Shown here in pieces: positions 31,854 to 32,000 of a DNA stretch of 32,000 nucleotides; the stretch's first letter is position 1, and each line of letters begins with the position of its first letter. The translations under genes were made by a program, and so were the position numbers. The notes under the pieces were generated by a model. The model saw nothing but the letters and a program-made list of their open reading frames with translations. It ran no database searches and had not been told where the DNA came from. Source of the DNA: Haloquadratum walsbyi C23 (GTDB taxonomy: Archaea > Halobacteriota > Halobacteria > Halobacteriales > Haloferacaceae); NCBI RefSeq assembly GCF_000237865.1, contig NC_017459.1, forward strand, positions 1,980,001 through 2,012,000, read 5' to 3'.

Positions 31854-31883
31854 AATGCAGTGTAATGTAATGCAGTGTAATGT
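31854..31883. repeat. Perfect tandem duplication of the 15-mer AATGCAGTGTAATGT
   Basis: Read directly at 31854-31868 and 31869-31883, in the thiM-thiD spacer. Confidence 0.9.
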
Positions 31884-31942
31884 AGCATAGTGTTGATACA
31901 ACGCCAGATAATATAATGCGGTGAAATAACGATATATACCAT

Positions 31943-32000
31943 ATGAACGAAACGACCACAGAACTACCGTACGCACTCACAATCGCCTCCAGTGATTCTA
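31943..32000 (+). CDS. thiD: Probable start of phosphomethylpyrimidine kinase ThiD (partial, runs off the window)
   Basis: ATG at 31943, reading MNETTTELPYALTIASSDS... This matches the conserved ThiD N-terminus (aLTIAGSDSgGGAGI) and the thiE-thiM context. Only 19 codons are visible. Confidence 0.5.
   Translation, partial: MNETTTELPYALTIASSDS

Overview
This window reads as a mostly housekeeping chromosomal segment of a haloarchaeon. The proteins are strongly acidic, GC is unusually low for a haloarchaeon, and spacers are long and AT-rich, which fits a Haloquadratum-like genome (inference only). Gene order: Bax1/DUF790 nuclease; an RNA m5C methyltransferase translationally coupled to a separate PUA-like ORF; a PAC2-type proteasome assembly chaperone; grpE-dnaK-dnaJ; an AMP-binding-like protein; a GNAT acetyltransferase. 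Next comes a ~3.9 kb mobile-element graveyard holding two decayed IS1341-type tnpB genes, two small membrane-protein ORFs and a complete 1510-bp IS4-type element. Then follow cdd-udp (pyrimidine salvage), an NDH-2-like oxidoreductase, a wHTH regulator and an NAD-dependent epimerase. The gyrB-gyrA and top6B-top6A pairs are transcribed divergently, and the window ends with thiE-thiM and the first codons of thiD.

Main findings:
- **Inteins:** both type II topoisomerase B subunits carry one at a catalytic motif. gyrB has a 212-aa mini-intein in the Toprim EGDSAGG motif. top6B has a 492-aa intein in the GHKL ATP-lid, with an apparently decayed LAGLIDADG domain, Ser1 and a penultimate Lys.
- **IS element:** it has perfect 16-bp inverted repeats and an 8-bp target duplication, but its transposase is broken by one in-frame TGA. 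It sits inside an older tnpB relic.
- **tnpB-tail modules:** a short hairpin followed by AGGATGTCA or a similar purine-rich end recurs in at least five spacers, including the dnaK-dnaJ spacer. Two copies are flanked by 12-bp and 9-bp direct repeats.

I found no CRISPR array, tRNA or rRNA gene, or riboswitch, and no convincing novel multi-gene system. The scattered tnpB-tail (possible omega-RNA-like) relics are the most open question.
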